DNA from: Eledone cirrhosa
Lineage: Eukaryota
Reading direction: 5' to 3'
Length of the DNA: 64,000 nt
NCBI GenBank assembly: GCA_964016885.1
Contig: OZ024740.1
Coordinates: forward strand, 84,196,001 to 84,260,000
Position 1 is the stretch's first letter; every line of letters starts with the position of its first letter. The position numbers and the translations under genes are program-made. Below are positions 42,180 through 56,221 of this stretch, piece by piece. The notes under the pieces are model-generated. The model saw only the letters and a program-made list of their open reading frames with translations. It did not search any database and had not been told where the DNA came from.

Positions 42180-42342
42180 TCGGACGCTATTATTTGCGGC
42201 ATAGAGTTACGACCCGTTACTGTCTGAATTCAAATTCCACCGAGGTTAACTTTGCCTTTCATCCTGACGGTGTCGATGAAATAAAGTACCTGTAATTCAC
42301 TGGAATAATTGCTGGCATTGTGGCAAAAGTAGAAACAATTGT
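42180..42342 (+). mobile_element. SINE
   Basis: Family core. Confidence 0.8.
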
Positions 42343-44229
42343 TAACATATTGTTTGTTTGTTATCTGTCTTCTGGTTCTGTTTTTGTATATTTGTTTGTT
42401 CTTTTAAAATCATGAATTTATAAATATATTGGTCTTATTTCTGGTATCTATTTTTTACTGAATAGGAAGCCGTAAATGAAAGCAATTTTCTCCGTTAAAA
42501 TCTACTTGCTGCAAATATTGAACGTAGAACATTTGGCAAAGGAATGAAATACGATAACCAATCAACGGATTAATACGTCTTATTGAATATTCATTTAATT
42601 ATTCATTTTATTGTTACTGTAAATACTTTAAGTTGATGGTTTCTGACACCAAAATGAACTCTCTGACCATTATATCATAGACAATATGTCAGACTGAAGC
42701 CTCCATACAACTCTTTACATGCAATTTTATTATATACTATGATTCTGTGGACAGATCTGAACATCATTTAAAACTATTTCCTAAATCATAGATATTTTTT
42801 CCTGTAAATTTCCTTTCAAATGTCAGATATCACTTAAATCTGAGACGTTAGCTGATAGCCTGTCTGAATTAATATTATAATTATTCTCTTTTCGATAAAA
42901 TATTTAGAGGCTTTTATCAAATGTTAATATGATTTGAGTAAATTTTATTGATTCTATTTTGAATATTTTTTTCTAATTCTAATTTTCCTCAACAGATACA
43001 ACAGAATAAAAGAATATGCGCCAAAGATCAAAATTCCAAATTCAAACACTAGTGGCACTTTTCAAATGATCTCCTTCATTTATTTGACATGACAGTAAAA
43101 ATGTTGTAACAGAGAGATGTGGTGCATGAATGGAATCAGAACGAAAGGGTAAAGTAAGAGCATGCTCAGGTAAAAACAAATGTGGTTTAAATAAAGTTGA
43201 TATCATGAAAAGGCAAGGAAATGTCAAACACTTGAAGCATTTCATGAGTACTAACAAAATATTCTATAATTTCTGTTGGCATTAATAAACGAGTCTACTC
43301 CACTATTACAACTATATGCAGATAGAATTAAGATGGTGGTAGAATTATGTTTTGTAAAAGAACGCAAGAGTGATAATGTGATACATACCATAAGGTCTTC
43401 GAGAAATTCTCCGCTAGTTTGTGAACTTAAACCATAAAAAGAATTCGCTGCCAGTGGAAAGATTACAGCAAAACGATGTATAAGAATCAACAATCACCAA
43501 AGTAATTAATATGTATAACATAGGCTCAAGACTTTCAATTTGAGGAGGAGCTAGTCAAATAAATTTCCTCTTTGGTTGGTGGGTAACGTATTTTATATAT
43601 CCTGGAAGGAGAAGACAAATTTCAACTCGGTGCGATTCAAAACAAATGCAAAGAGACTGAACATATGCTGTAAGAACATTAGGTAAGGGCCCAATCCGGC
43701 GTTTGTTAGCATTTCAGCATACATTATTACATCTGGATATTCTCTACTATGTTTTTTAATATGGTGGCATGTTGAATTATTCAACATATCGCTAACAACA
43801 ACATATGCAGGGAGTCCCATAAGCATGTATACACATTTCAATATTATTTTAATCAAAGTGTGTATACATTTTGGGGGGTCACCCTGTATTTGTGCACCTT
43901 TACTTATATTTATTATTTGAAAAGGGGACAGTTATTGAAATCTATCAAAGAAAGATTAATATTTCAAAGCTAAAATTTCAACATATTTTTCTATAATTTA
44001 TTCGTTCAATTAGTAATGATTTAGTTTCTCAAACACGATTGCGTACATATACTGACATAAACACATGCAGACACGGGTGCGCCCATACACATACATACAT
44101 ACATTCATTCATTCATTCATTCATACATACATACATACATACATACATACATACATACATACATACATACATACATACATACATACATGATGATGGCTGC
44201 CCCTCGTTATCGATAAAAAAGAAAAAAGG

Positions 44230-45750
44230 TTAATGGTGCTGCGATCGAATGTGGCTTTTTAGCCCAGCCAATGAGCTAATGTGTCTTGCATAGAGTTGGC
44301 AACCATCATCAAAAACATTCACTGACATTCATGAGTTTTGCATGTCGTTTGAACCATCATGCTGATCTACACTCTATTCCACATGTTTGAGAGGTATGAT
44401 GAGTAGCATCACTGGTCTCTCTTTATGACTGCAAAGATGACTTTTTAGTCCAGCTTTCCTGAGGCAGAGTCTTGCACAGACGCTTTGCTGTCTCGAAATG
44501 TAATAGCGATGCCTTTCCTGACATTCCTTTTTACTTTCTCGTATGCGATTCAAGATGCTTCAAAAGCAACTTTTCCCTCATGTACAGTCTTTCTCCATTT
44601 ATTACGACTAGGGGGTACGCTTTCCAATGAATCAGCAGAGATGTTAGCGTCTTTCAACGAGGTTTCAACGAATCCTTATATCCCTTTTTCGTTTGTGTGG
44701 AGGTGACCACTCCATCTCAGTCTTTGCTTAAGAACAAGAGCTTCTATGCTTTCACACAGAGCTACTTTCACGGGTTTTTCATGGATTAGATTGAGGAAAT
44801 CTTCATTGACGACAGACAGCTGATTCAAAAGTTCATCAAAGTGTTTCGCCACCTTCGCAGAAGATGCTTTCTTTGTACCAATCCCACAACGCGCCTGCCT
44901 ACATCATGAACTAACTTTTTAAGGGTAGGCCAATCCTCACCAATATCTGCAACATTCATTTCTTCTCGCAATGTCCTTTTCACAATATTATCCCTAAGAC
45001 GAGCAGCATTCAGTCTTTAAGCCAGGGTAACACCAGCAGCCCGAATTTTACGTTTTGTAATTAATTTCACTGTTGCACGTACCAGGTGGTGGTCCGACCA
45101 ACACTCAGCCCGACGAAGAACACGAACACACTGCACATCCCGTCTGTCACGCACTCTGACAAGGATGTAGTCCAGAAGATGCCATTCTTTAGATGCAGGG
45201 CGCATCCATGTGGTCTTAAACATATTCTTTTTCTGAAACATCGCGTTGGTAACACACAGATGCAGCTCCTCACACATATGCAACAGAAGCATACCATTGC
45301 TGTGTTGCAATTTCCCACCCCATGCCTTTTGATTCCAGTCCATGTGTCAAAATCGCTACCCACCCTAGCATTAAAGTCACCCAGCACGATGACCTTGTCT
45401 ACCTGGGGGATATTTCTTATAACACCTTTCAAAGCAACAGAATTGATAGTTGGAGCATACACGCTCACCAGGGTCGCATACCTTCCTTTGTCCTACGGAA
45501 TATTCATGGACATAAAACACTCACTAATCCCCACTGGGAATTCTGCCAACTTATCCACAAGAGCAGTCTTAACAGCACATGATACTCCAGCCTCTCTTCT
45601 AATCCCTTCATCTCTCCCTTTCCAAAAGAATGTATATTTTCCACATTATTCTGTAAAATGACCATCTCCAGCTAACCTCGTCTCAGATAAAGCAACTATG
45701 TCTAGATCATAACGATGAAGCTCCTTCGCAACAAGAGCGGTCCTGGTGTG
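44230..45750 (-). mobile_element. RTE-clade LINE, internally deleted (APE plus 3' end)
   Basis: RTALVAKELHRYDLDIVALSETRL, VYAPT, LGDFNARVG, WHLLDYILV, SDHHLV, and a C-terminal QRLRWSGHL. Confidence 0.85.
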
Positions 45751-46231
45751 GTTCCAGAGCCCTTATTGCCATTTACGTTTATACTGTTCTGGGACATTAT
45801 TGATTGGTTGCTTTTTAAGGCTACAGCCAGCCATTCAGTTGAGATCTTTTAAATAATAACATTATTAATAATTATTAACTAATGTTATCATGCAATGCCT
45901 GTTCGTGAAGATTTTTTTTTTAAAGTGAGGAAAGACTGTGCACTGAGCCAATACCACTCTCTAAGCGACAGTAGCTATAGCCCAAAAAGAAGAAAAGATC
46001 AACATTTAGAAGAAGTTATTTAGTAGATGTTTGTGTTGAGAATTTGTGTATTGAATCACGGAAGTCACCATTAAAAGATGTTAAAAGCAATGTTGTGGAA
46101 AATAGCATCTTACGACTTAATAATTGTTTATATATAATTTATTTACAGATTACAAAGGTTAGAAGAATGTCTCTTGAGAGGATAGGTACTGTTATCAATA
46201 AAAAGGTTATAATGGTTTAAATGGGTACAGT

Positions 46232-47086
46232 CAACTGGCTGAGGCGTTAACCAGTCCCGTAGTGATATTTGTTGCTACATATTGTCTATGCTTGAAGGAA
46301 CGAAAGCAAGAGATGTTTATCTTCACGGTGTCGAGCTGCAAGAGAGAGAGTTTCGAATCCGCCGCGGGAAGTTTTCCCTCTGGGCGGAAATCGGGATACT
46401 TTCTCATACGCTGGACTGAGCCAAACAACGCACAGAGAATGTATCCATGAGCCCTTGGAATGTAGGTCACTACAAACATCATCGGTTATTACTGAGCCGC
46501 AGGTTTTATGTTGGAGTTCTTCCAGTTTATTGAGTTACCTTCTCCTAGAAGACCCTGACAAAGGATAGGGGTCCTTTACATCCAGTGGTTTAACCGCGCA
46601 ATCGGGTATCAAGCCCGATTATTTCTATGTCCCCGCGCATGATGTAGCTATAGGTTTCCCAGATCAATAATACATACATGGTGGCGGCCAACTCGTTTTC
46701 GAGTACGGCCACTACTTTATATCCATGTAGGGGAACCCCTACCGATGCGCTGAACGAGTGTGACTTTTTAGTCCAGCCAGCGACTTGAAAACTCTGGTAC
46801 AAACACTACACTTGTGACAATTATTGACACATAGTGCTCGGCCCATGGTACCATGTGACGACAAGTGCAGAGAGATCTCCAGATATAAAGCAATGCCTGT
46901 GCCGTGAAGCTTTTATAGTGAGCAAAGGCACTGCACAAAGCCAGTCCCACTCTCTTAACCAAGATGATATTTACCAAAAAGAAGAACAAGTCAACATCAT
47001 TGGATACCATCAGGGTTGCTGGTGTTATATCAGAGTTTTCCTTCTCCTATAATTCTGCCTTGACAAAGGCTAAGGGGTCATCTCTC
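46232..47086 (-). mobile_element. Composite non-autonomous RTE-derived repeat
   Basis: 46679-47086 matches 12917-13322; two related GACCCCT..CCTTTGTCA(A/G)GG..TAGGAGAAGG heads in tandem on the minus strand. Confidence 0.6.
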
Positions 47087-47141
47087 TACATACATACACA
47101 CATGCATACATGCATGACAACATATATACATTCGTACAGAC

Positions 47142-47194
<53 letters not shown>

Positions 47195-47256
47195 TGTGTG
47201 TATGTGTATGCACGCATACATATCCTCATATCAATAAATATGTTTTAATAACAATA

Positions 47257-47465
47257 ATGATTTCTAGTATAGACACAAGGCCAGTTAATTTTTTTTTTTT
47301 GGGGGGGGGGGGGTCGATTAAATCGACCTCAATACGTTACTGGTGCTTTATTTTAACGACCCCGTAAGGATGAAAGGCAAAGTTAACCTCGGCAGGATTT
47401 GAACTCAGACCATAAAGGGCCGTAACCCTGTGCTGCAAAGCATGATGTCGGACAGTCTCCCGATG
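47257..47465 (-). mobile_element. SINE (variant 3' end)
   Basis: Family core and B-box. Confidence 0.8.
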
Positions 47466-47864
47466 TCAACTTGCCTAATAGTTGTAAGTAGAAATAACAA
47501 CAGGCTGAATTTGGCTGCATCGATACAAAACATACACAGCGCAGTCAAAAACAAGACTACACCCAGTTGTTATGACTACAAAACTAAACCAGACAAAACA
47601 CAAAAATAGCAACAAAAAAACAACATTTTTTACTCTATCACCATCCCGCCACTACTCCGTCACTGCCACCACTATTACTGTACTAATGCCACGGCTACTA
47701 CTCCAGCACCAAAAAATTAAAAACACATAGAGAAAATGTAGCTATTACTAATAGCGATTATTAGTCGAGTAACTATAATTCAACAGCCACCACCACGACT
47801 ATAACAAAATAAAACATTAAAACGAAAACATTACTTACCATGACAGCAGTAACAACATATATGA

Positions 47865-48052
47865 TAATTGTTTCTACTTTTGGCACAAGGCCAGCAATTA
47901 CCCAGTGTATTACTAGTACTTTATTTTATCGACCCCGTAAGGATGAAAGGCAAAGTTAACCTTGGCGGGATTTGAACTCAGAATGGCAAGGGCCGTAATT
48001 CTATACGTCAAAGCATGGTGTCCGACTCTCTACCGATACTGCCAATCCACCG
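47865..48052 (-). mobile_element. SINE, full length
   Basis: Complete consensus. Confidence 0.88.
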
Positions 48053-48164
48053 CAATAGTAGCAACAGCCAAAACACAACACAAGAAGCTTGTAAACGAGA
48101 ACAATAATAATAATAATTGTTTCTACTTTTGGCACAAGGCCAGATATTATCCCAGTGCATCAAT

Positions 48165-49030
48165 AATGCTTATGAAGATCGAGTTGGAAGAAATAACAAG
48201 GTGAGAGATATCTGTATGGTTCACAGCTGAGGGCGAAGATCACGAGACTGATGACATTGTGACGAATGATGTGAACGAGAGGGAGCTTCAAACAGGGTTG
48301 ATTATCAGTATCCTCGAGAAGAATGAAAGGAATGATAAGAATAAAGAGATAATTGATGAGATTTTGAAAGAGGGGAATATGAACTAAATAGAGAGACTGA
48401 AAAAGGCAGAGAACATCTCTGAAAAAATGGACAAAGGGGTGAACGAGGTACTAAAGGATATTAGAAGGTAAATATATTTGATACAAATAAACGTATTGGT
48501 GCTATGGTTGAGTTTGTTGCAAGGAAAATAGGATTTGTAAATCCATCGAATGGGAAAAAAGAGAAGGAGCCATGGTAGAAGAGAAGAGAATCAATTAACG
48601 AAGTAAGAAGACATTTTACATCTTGGAAAGTAAATGCGAAAGGAAATAATCAATACGAATAAACATTTTGAAATAGAAAAGAAGTAAATATAAAGAAGAA
48701 AGCTATGAAAGTCGTTATTGAGGAGTTGAAACAAAGGATGCAGGCCAAAACCTCCAAGCTGACAAAATTTTAACAAAGAATCCAGCATTATAGAATCAAG
48801 AGCATGTTTTGACATGATCAGAAAAGTGTGTACCAGTCCTAGAGAGTAAAAGTAAGAAAGAAATAGTGACACCGGATGCAGTAGAAAGCAAATGGATTGG
48901 GTCAAACATCTGGAATAATGAAGTACAACATAACAAGAATGCTGACTGACTGAAGGAATTAGGGGGAAATAAAACAAATGTGAAGAAAAGTGATATGAAA
49001 CAACAACAAAATGGTATGCATCAGAGGCAG
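48165..49030 (+). mobile_element. Decayed R4/NeSL-like LINE N-terminal fragment
   Basis: KEKEPW*KRR..EELKQRMQAKTSKL..RIQHYRIKSMF resemble pre-RT motifs of RLE-type LINEs (from memory). Confidence 0.45.
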
Positions 49031-49559
49031 TGGAACTGAGGGAAAGGTGGGGAAAGGGGCCATACACCCACCCTCACCCACCCGGCATAATTATATACCT
49101 AAACACACATCTATTTGTATATAAGCTACATTTTATGAACATGTTATGTAGAGACAGATGGGAGAGATGGATATAGATAGAGAGAGGGGAAGAGTTTGGT
49201 GGTAATTGGTATATAGAGAGAGGGGGTTGGGAGAGTGTATTGTAGATTAGATATAGAGAGGACGAGATATTGATGTTTATTGATATAGAGAGATAAATTT
49301 GAAGAGAGTTCCGAGTAGTAGATATAAATTTCTATTTATTTGCCACCAGGGTATCAAAGATTGGGACAAATACAAAGGGGGGTGTTTACATACATTTAAA
49401 AAGACGTGTAAAAAACATATAACAAATTAAATTTAACAATCAATGTCCTCAATAGGGAGGGGCGTTGACATGGGTCGCACACACCCCCGAAAAAATGTGC
49501 AACCCTCCTCCTCAGGAGCACAAAGAGCGAGTGCTTCCTTCCTCTTCTCATTCTTCTCC

Positions 49560-52500
49560 TCTCTCACCTACAGGCTGATATAAAGAGAAGGCCCATTCAC
49601 GCGGGCCATTCTCGCTACTTACACCCACCTTTCATAAAACTTGCTGGGGTAGAGGACCTCTCTCTCCATTCTGATCCTTCTTCTAAAGTGGTACTTGAAA
49701 AAAAAGATCAGTTGTTGGCCGGAGAGAAAGGTGTCTGACCTCAGCCCTTTCAACCTTGTCCACCATACAACTTCTTTCGCCATAGCTATCACACAGAGGA
49801 AAACCGCCTCTTCTTCGTTTTTGAAAGGGGGAGGCAGTTTGATCGTGAGAATGTTCTCGGTGGTCAACCGGATTGGTCCCACCCGCGACAGTAGTCGTTC
49901 CACATAGCCCCACAGGTCCGCAACGCCCGGGCAGTGTACGAATGCGTGTGCGACGGTTTCCTCGTCACGCACGCATCTCGGACAGATCTTATTCGAGGGG
50001 TCCCTACCCAGGCGCCCGTGTCTGTAGGGCTTGTCCCGAACGAGTAGAGCTCCTCGGTAACATTGCCAAGCCAGGGACTTTTGGAAGTTGTCCATCGGTC
50101 CCGGGCCAAACGTCCTACCGAACAGACTGGCCAGCTCATCTTCATCCATGCCCAGAGCCTCTCCGAGAGCGTCGTCGCACTTACTGCGCACCAACCCTCT
50201 ATAGAATGTTGAGGTTGAGTCTCCACTGATTGCCGGATCCGCTTGTCAGAGGGCCGTGAGCGCCTGGGCACATTCAATGTGCCAGTCGCCCACTTTTCTC
50301 GGTCTTTGCTTGACCCAGGATTGCAGCTCGGTGAGTGAGACGAGTCACGGAAAGGCTCGCCTCACAAACAGGGCCCACGCCGGCTGACCGGTGAGGAATA
50401 CCTGGAGGTGCCGTAGCCTTAATGCGTGTCTACGCATCGTCAGCCACGGCTTCCCCAGCCCTCCGTTTGAAGGGTGTTGACAGCAGATGGATCTTCTCAC
50501 CAAAGGAGCCCGCTTCTTCCAAAGAAATCGGAAGAGCGCACGCTCCATTTTGGCGAGTGTTTTCTCTGGGCAAGGCACGACGGTCAAGCGGTAGTAGATG
50601 ACGGACGCTATATAAGCGTTCGCCACCTCCACTCGACCTTTCAGGGATAGTTTGCACTCGGCCCACTTCTGGGCGAGTGCAGACACCTTTCCCGTTACCT
50701 CGTCCCAGTTTTTCTCCACCTGGAGGTCCGATCCGAACCAGACCCCGAGCAGCTTCACCGGTCCCTCCGTCCAGCGTACGACGATGCCGTTGGAGGGCAT
50801 CTTTTTGCCCCTCCACGTCCCGAGTTGCAAACCGACGGACTTGTCCCGGTTCAGCTTGGCTCCTGTGAACCTTTCATATGCCTCCAGTAAGGTGCCGATC
50901 TGCCCGATTTCCGAGGCGCGCGACACCATTACTGTCACATCATCGGCGTAGGCCGACACCGCTTTCCGCAATCCCAGTTCCAAGGGGATGCCCTGCAACA
51001 GCTCTAGCTTCCGCAGTAGTGGCTCGAGAGCCAGCACATACAGGACGGAGGAGAGAGGGCATCCCTGTCGGATGGATCGCGTGATTTGGAACGGCTCCGA
51101 GAGATAGCCGTTCACCTTGACCCTCGAGCAGGTGTTGCTGCTGTGCATTGCAGCAATCCAGCCATTGGAAACGGGTCCGAAGCCTGCCGCCGCGATCACC
51201 GCATCCAGGTACCGATGGTCAACCCTATCGAACGCCTTAGATTGATCCAAGTTGATCAGAGCCCCACCAAAGCAGGGTTCGTTCCCTACCCTCTCTACGA
51301 TGTATCGCATGAGGTGGAGGTTGTCGTGTATGGACCTGGACGGGATTGCGCATGTCTGCGATTCTCCCACCAGGTTCCCGACGACAAGCGCCAACCTCTT
51401 CGCTAACACCTTGGCCAAAAATCTTTAACTCTGTCTTTAGCAGAGTTATGGGCCTGAAGTTATCTATGTCATCCCCCTTGTTCTCGTCCTTCCTCACCAG
51501 CGTGACTACGCCCTTGGTCACAGAACTTGGAATTCACCCGTTCTGTTGCCAGTTTCAGTAGACCGCCTCGAGGAGACCGGAGAACAAGCCCGGCATCGCT
51601 ACATAAAGTTCGTATGGTAGACCATCGAGACCCGGAGATTTGCGTTTGCCGCATTGGCTCAGCGCTTCCCCTATTTCAGCGGCTGAAATCGGCCTCTCGC
51701 AGGACTTCGCCTCCCCGTCCGAGAGCCGCGCCAGACCGTCGAGGTATGGACCGAAATCCATGGCCCCACCCTGCCCGCCACCCCTCCCGAACAGTCGTGC
51801 AAAGCGCCGTTGAAAGGCCGCGCTCATCCGCTCAGCTTCAAGGATCACGCGTCCATCCTGGTCCTTCAAAGACCGAATCGTGGACTTGTTTCCACTTTTT
51901 GCCTCTGTCACTCGGGCCCAGCTAACAGCTTTGGCTCCCTCATTACCCAGAGCACGTATTTTACTCCTGACAACGCAGCCCTCGTGCTTCGCATCAAAGA
52001 ACTGGTCTAGGGCTGTTCTTGACGCCAGAACGCCGGCCACGTTGCCACTCCTAATCGCCTCTTCTACTCTATTTGTTAATTCCCTTTCAGTTCTATTTCT
52101 ATCTGATGCTAATTCCCGACCAAAACCTATCGATTCTATTCTTATTTCTCTCTTGAGAGAGCCCCAGCACCTGCTGTTGACAATTGCCCCCGTCAAACGC
52201 TGCTTAACTAGTGTGCTAATCCGCTTACTGTAAGCTTTGTTTGTCGGTAAAGACAAGTTTAGCTTCCAGTAACCGGGTCCCTGTCTATGAGTTCTATCAA
52301 GGTTGACCACTCCGGTCACCAACTTGTGATCCGAATAGTCAACCATGAACATTCGTGGACAGCCTAATATTCCCTATCCTTATTTCTAACTAGGAACCTA
52401 TCTAGGTACGACCTAGATGTTCCGCTATGATTAGTCCACGTCCACAGTGGCACAGTCGGAAAATCTAGTCGATATCTATCGGCCAGATCAAATCGGCCGA

Positions 52501-53004
52501 TTAATCGTTTGAGGCTGTTACACCCCCTCTATCGGGACATGTCCCTACATAGTCCCAACGTGCATCCAGGATACCATTCCAGTCCTCCACTAAAAGCAAG
52601 GAGCGAGACGTTCCCAGGATATTCTCCAGGCGTCCGAAGAAGTCCGGTCGCGGTGTCCCAGATGGGGCATACGCTGCCACCAGCCTGAAAGTTCCACCTT
52701 CACCACTGCCGACGTCTAAAACCACCAGTCGACACTCCGGGTCCAGGTGTACCTTCTGTGTGGCAAGACCCAGGTATTTTCGCAGCAGAACGACAACCCC
52801 ACCTCCACCCCTCGGCTGACAGAGAGATGCGTAGATCTCAAAGTCGTCGAAGATGGGGGCCAGTTGGCGCTCGCTGCTGATCCTGGACTCGCAAATAACC
52901 ATTACATCCACTCTGTGCGACATGAGGTCATTTAAGAGTTTGCCCTGTTTCCAGGACATCCCCAGGCCGCGTGCATTCACACATCCAACTCTTATATTGG
53001 TCAT
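49560..53004 (-). pseudogene. LINE ORF2 (APE-RT-zinc finger), several frameshifts
   Basis: GCVNARGL, ICES, AYAP, SDH, YWKLN, KSPGLDGL, FRPITLL, LDQSKAFDRV, RQGCPLS, YADD, CPRC..ETVAHAFVHC. Confidence 0.93.
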
Positions 53005-53046
53005 GTTGGTGTTGAACAGTTAAAAAGGAAGAGGAAAGGAAATGAC

Positions 53047-54834
53047 TTACCTCTTCGTCTCCTGGGGACCAGGCTGCACAATTACCATGGGGGTGTTGGA
53101 AGGGTTGTTTGGTGGGGTGGTGGTTTGTGGTGGGGTGAGGACATCAGTGTGTGGTGGGATTAGGGTGTTTGGTGGGGTGTGGGTATCTGGTGTGGGGGTG
53201 AGGAAACATCTCAATAGGACGCTGTTAAGTGGTTTGGTGCAGTTGGTCCCCACATGCATTGGATGGTTCTTTTTCAAAGTTACATAGGGTTCCTGAAGAC
53301 CCTAATCATCATTAGGTGCGGTTCGTTCGCTGCGTAGGTGAAAGTGATCCCTTTGGTTTCCACCGAAGGGTTATTTTCTATCGCTTTCATCAACGTTTTA
53401 TTGTTCTTGTTAATGTATGTATAGAGTTTTTGTTGTGTTGTGTTTGTTTTTGTTTGTTGTTCTTGTGTGTGTTTGCGTTTTGTAGTATGTGTTATGTTTT
53501 GAGGAGGGGTGAGTTTATTTTTGTGATGTTTGTTCTGTTTGTGCTGGTGGTTGTGTGTTTGTGGAATTTTTGTTAATGTGGTGCCTTTTTTTTTCTTTTC
53601 ACCTGTTGAAAGGGTTCTCCCTCGTCGTCACTGGGTGACGTTGATACGGAGTCCTCTTCCGTGTTGTTGGGGAGGGGTATATTTTGGGGTTTTGTTGTGG
53701 TTGATTTTGTATTTGTTTTAGGTGGGGAGGGGTTGGGTGGAACAGTGTTTTGTGTTGTTATTTTTCCGTGTTGTTGTGGTTGTTGTTGTTGTAGTGGTGG
53801 TGGTGGTGGTTGTGTTGTTGTGTTCGGGGTTGGCAGAAGAGCCTTTTTTTTCACTCGTTAATTGAGGACAGGCAGCCCTCAGGTGACCCCTGCTTAAGCA
53901 GTGGTAACATGACGGCCACCTTCCCTCCACTAAAATGTTTATATAAGTTAGCCCGTCCAGAGGCACGCGTTGTGGGATATTCGCTATTCGTTCTGGGCTC
54001 ATTTGCACCAGAACTTCTACGCTGGTCCCACCAAATACACCTCGGGAGGACTTTCCTATTGAAATTATCTTGTCTTCGTCAAAGTCAATGATTCCACATA
54101 GTATCCACTAAATATTTACATTTGGTGTGATACTCATTATTTTTATTCTTTGTGTCCTTTTGCCCTTGTATCTGGGGGAAAAGGTGAAGCGGGGGGACAC
54201 AATGGGTGATACCGAGTACTTTTGTGCTGTCGACTGGTTGTTCATTAGCACCGAAATGCTACCAAACAGTTTACCTTTTTGTATGAAGGTTAAGTCCTTC
54301 ATTGCATCTTTTAGAACCAGCTCAATTTCATTTTGTGATAATTGAGCTGGTTTTCTTGTTTCGTTCGATATCATCCTGAAAACCACAGTTTCAGGACAGC
54401 CTCTCTACGTAATTACTGTGGAGAATTGATGCTAAAAGCACCGTTTTCGCCAAAAGTCACGAATTGTTTTGCGACTTGTAATAGTTGTTTAGCATTTGTT
54501 ATGTCTATTGGCGTGTATAGTTCCTTTTTTTCACAGTCTGTGCGAATGTTGTTTTGGTGTTGTAGTCTTTTTTGTTGCTGTCACTGTTGGTAATAGTGTT
54601 CATGTTTTCCTTGGTATTGCTATTGTTGCAGTTGTTGGTTGTGGTGTTATTGTCATTGTTCTTGTTGGTGCTGGTATTATTTACCGGGTTTGGTTTCGTG
54701 GTTTCAATATTTTCAACGTTTTTCGATAATGCGAGGGGGGAAGGCTGCAAGCTTTGTACTTCTAACTTCCCTCCACCACTTTTCTTAGTGGGCGTGGCAC
54801 TCACGACAGTGTGCGAGGTGGAAATGGCATCCAT
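53047..54834 (-). pseudogene. LINE ORF1 (gag-like, zinc knuckle), disrupted
   Basis: ATG at 54834, TFAQTVK, CYHCLSRGHLRAAC (CCHC), low-complexity Asn/Thr/Pro tail, FQQVKRKKK. Confidence 0.8.
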
Positions 54835-55034
54835 TGCTGACTACCAAGTTTACACAGTTTTGAGATGAAAATGAAAATTTCGTCCCAGTACGGGGCGAAA
54901 ATTAGTTGACTCAACGTCTGAAGGCCAAGGCCAGGGATTAAACTAATCAATGCTATTAAATTGAGCAATGAACTCACAGTTTTTTTTACAATAATCCGTA
55001 AAAGTCCGGAGCGAAGTAATTCACGTCTATATCA

Positions 55035-55640
55035 AGTGGTAATTGATATAGAGAGGGGGTGGGAGAGAGTTCCGTATAGTAGATATAGAGGGAGAGAGTT
55101 CTGTAGTGATGGACAGAGTGAGAAGGAATGAGAGAGGGTGCTGTATTGTAGATATAGAGAGGGGGATTGGAAGAGAGTTCCATGTAGTAGATATAGGGAG
55201 GGGGTCTGTTTCATGTTAATTAATATAGAAAGGGGGATTGGCAGAGAGTTCCGTATAGTACGTAGAGAGAGGGAGAGAGATTTTTGTATTAATTGATATA
55301 GAGAGGGGAAGAGTTTGGTGTTAATTGAGATAGAGAAGGGGATTGGAAGAGAGTACCGTATAGTAGATATAGAAAAGGGGCGAATTTGGTGGTTGTAGAT
55401 ATACAGAGAGGCATAATGGGAGGGTGCCGTGTAGTAAATATGATATAGAGAGGGTGAGAGTTTAGGTGATTTATATATAGAGGGAATTGGGAGAGATAAG
55501 TGTAGATATTCTTAAAGAGTGAGAGTGTATTAGTCTTAGATATAGAAAATATGATAAGAGAGGAGGTGCCGTGATAGATATAGAGAAGGGTAGATTTGGG
55601 TTTTAGTAGATACAGAGAGGGGGATTAAAAGAGAGTTTTG
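55035..55640. repeat. Degenerate purine-rich tandem repeat (about 30/60 bp), also at 49150-49325
   Basis: Recurrent GAGAGTTCCGTATAGTAGATATAGAGAGGG units on both sides of the LINE. Confidence 0.75.
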
Positions 55641-55954
55641 TGTGAAAGACATAGAGGATAGTTTGGTGACACTCTCGGGTACCAAATATTAGGAGGGGTG
55701 GCAATAATGGAAGGGGGGCTTGGGAAATCAGTAATTGTATAGTGTACGTTCGTAAATATGGTATTTCTTGTAAAGTTCTTCTTTTGTGATAAATAATATT
55801 TGTTTTATGTAAAATAAAATTTCTATTAGATTGTCCAGCTGCTGTGTCAATATGAATCACTTACAATAAGATTTCACCGGAGATAGATTTTTCTGTGTCT
55901 GCTACAAATTTTGACCAATCCTCTTGACAACTACAATCTTCCCATATAAGGAAA

Positions 55955-56128
55955 TACCCCGCGAAAAATTCGGCTATTTATTTACCAGACTAAAAAAACT
56001 CTTACTTTAGTCCAGAAATAGCCTGCCGTCGGGGTCATACTTTCTCCTATTACCCACTCTACTACCCTAAGTATTGAGTACTCTGGTGCGTTATGGTCCA
56101 TCTGGTTCCTTACCACAACTCCTTCGTT
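55955..56128 (+). mobile_element. Family P copy 4 (non-palindromic; retains the 5' half of the HHR)
   Basis: ACCCC..GGCTATTT..GACTAAA..TTTAGTCCAGAAATAGCC..GCCG-TC-GGGGT plus the shared tail. Confidence 0.65.
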
Positions 56129-56134
56129 ATATAT

Positions 56135-56173
<39 letters not shown>

Positions 56174-56221
56174 GCCTGCTCGCCCAGCCAGTGGGATGGC
56201 GTCATCGTATGGCTAAAATAC

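Larger units (their letters stand above)
49325..55030 (-). mobile_element. Tx1/L1-clade LINE, near full length
   Basis: 5' UTR, ORF1, ORF2 (APE-RT-zinc finger), 3' UTR with AATAAA near 49335. Confidence 0.93.

Noticed and set aside
43040-43500. Coding-like stretch
   Set aside because: Only short ORFs and no recognisable motif.
53090-53200. G-rich telomere-like repeats
   Set aside because: Antisense of the Pro/Thr-rich LINE ORF1 tail; no TTAGGG array.
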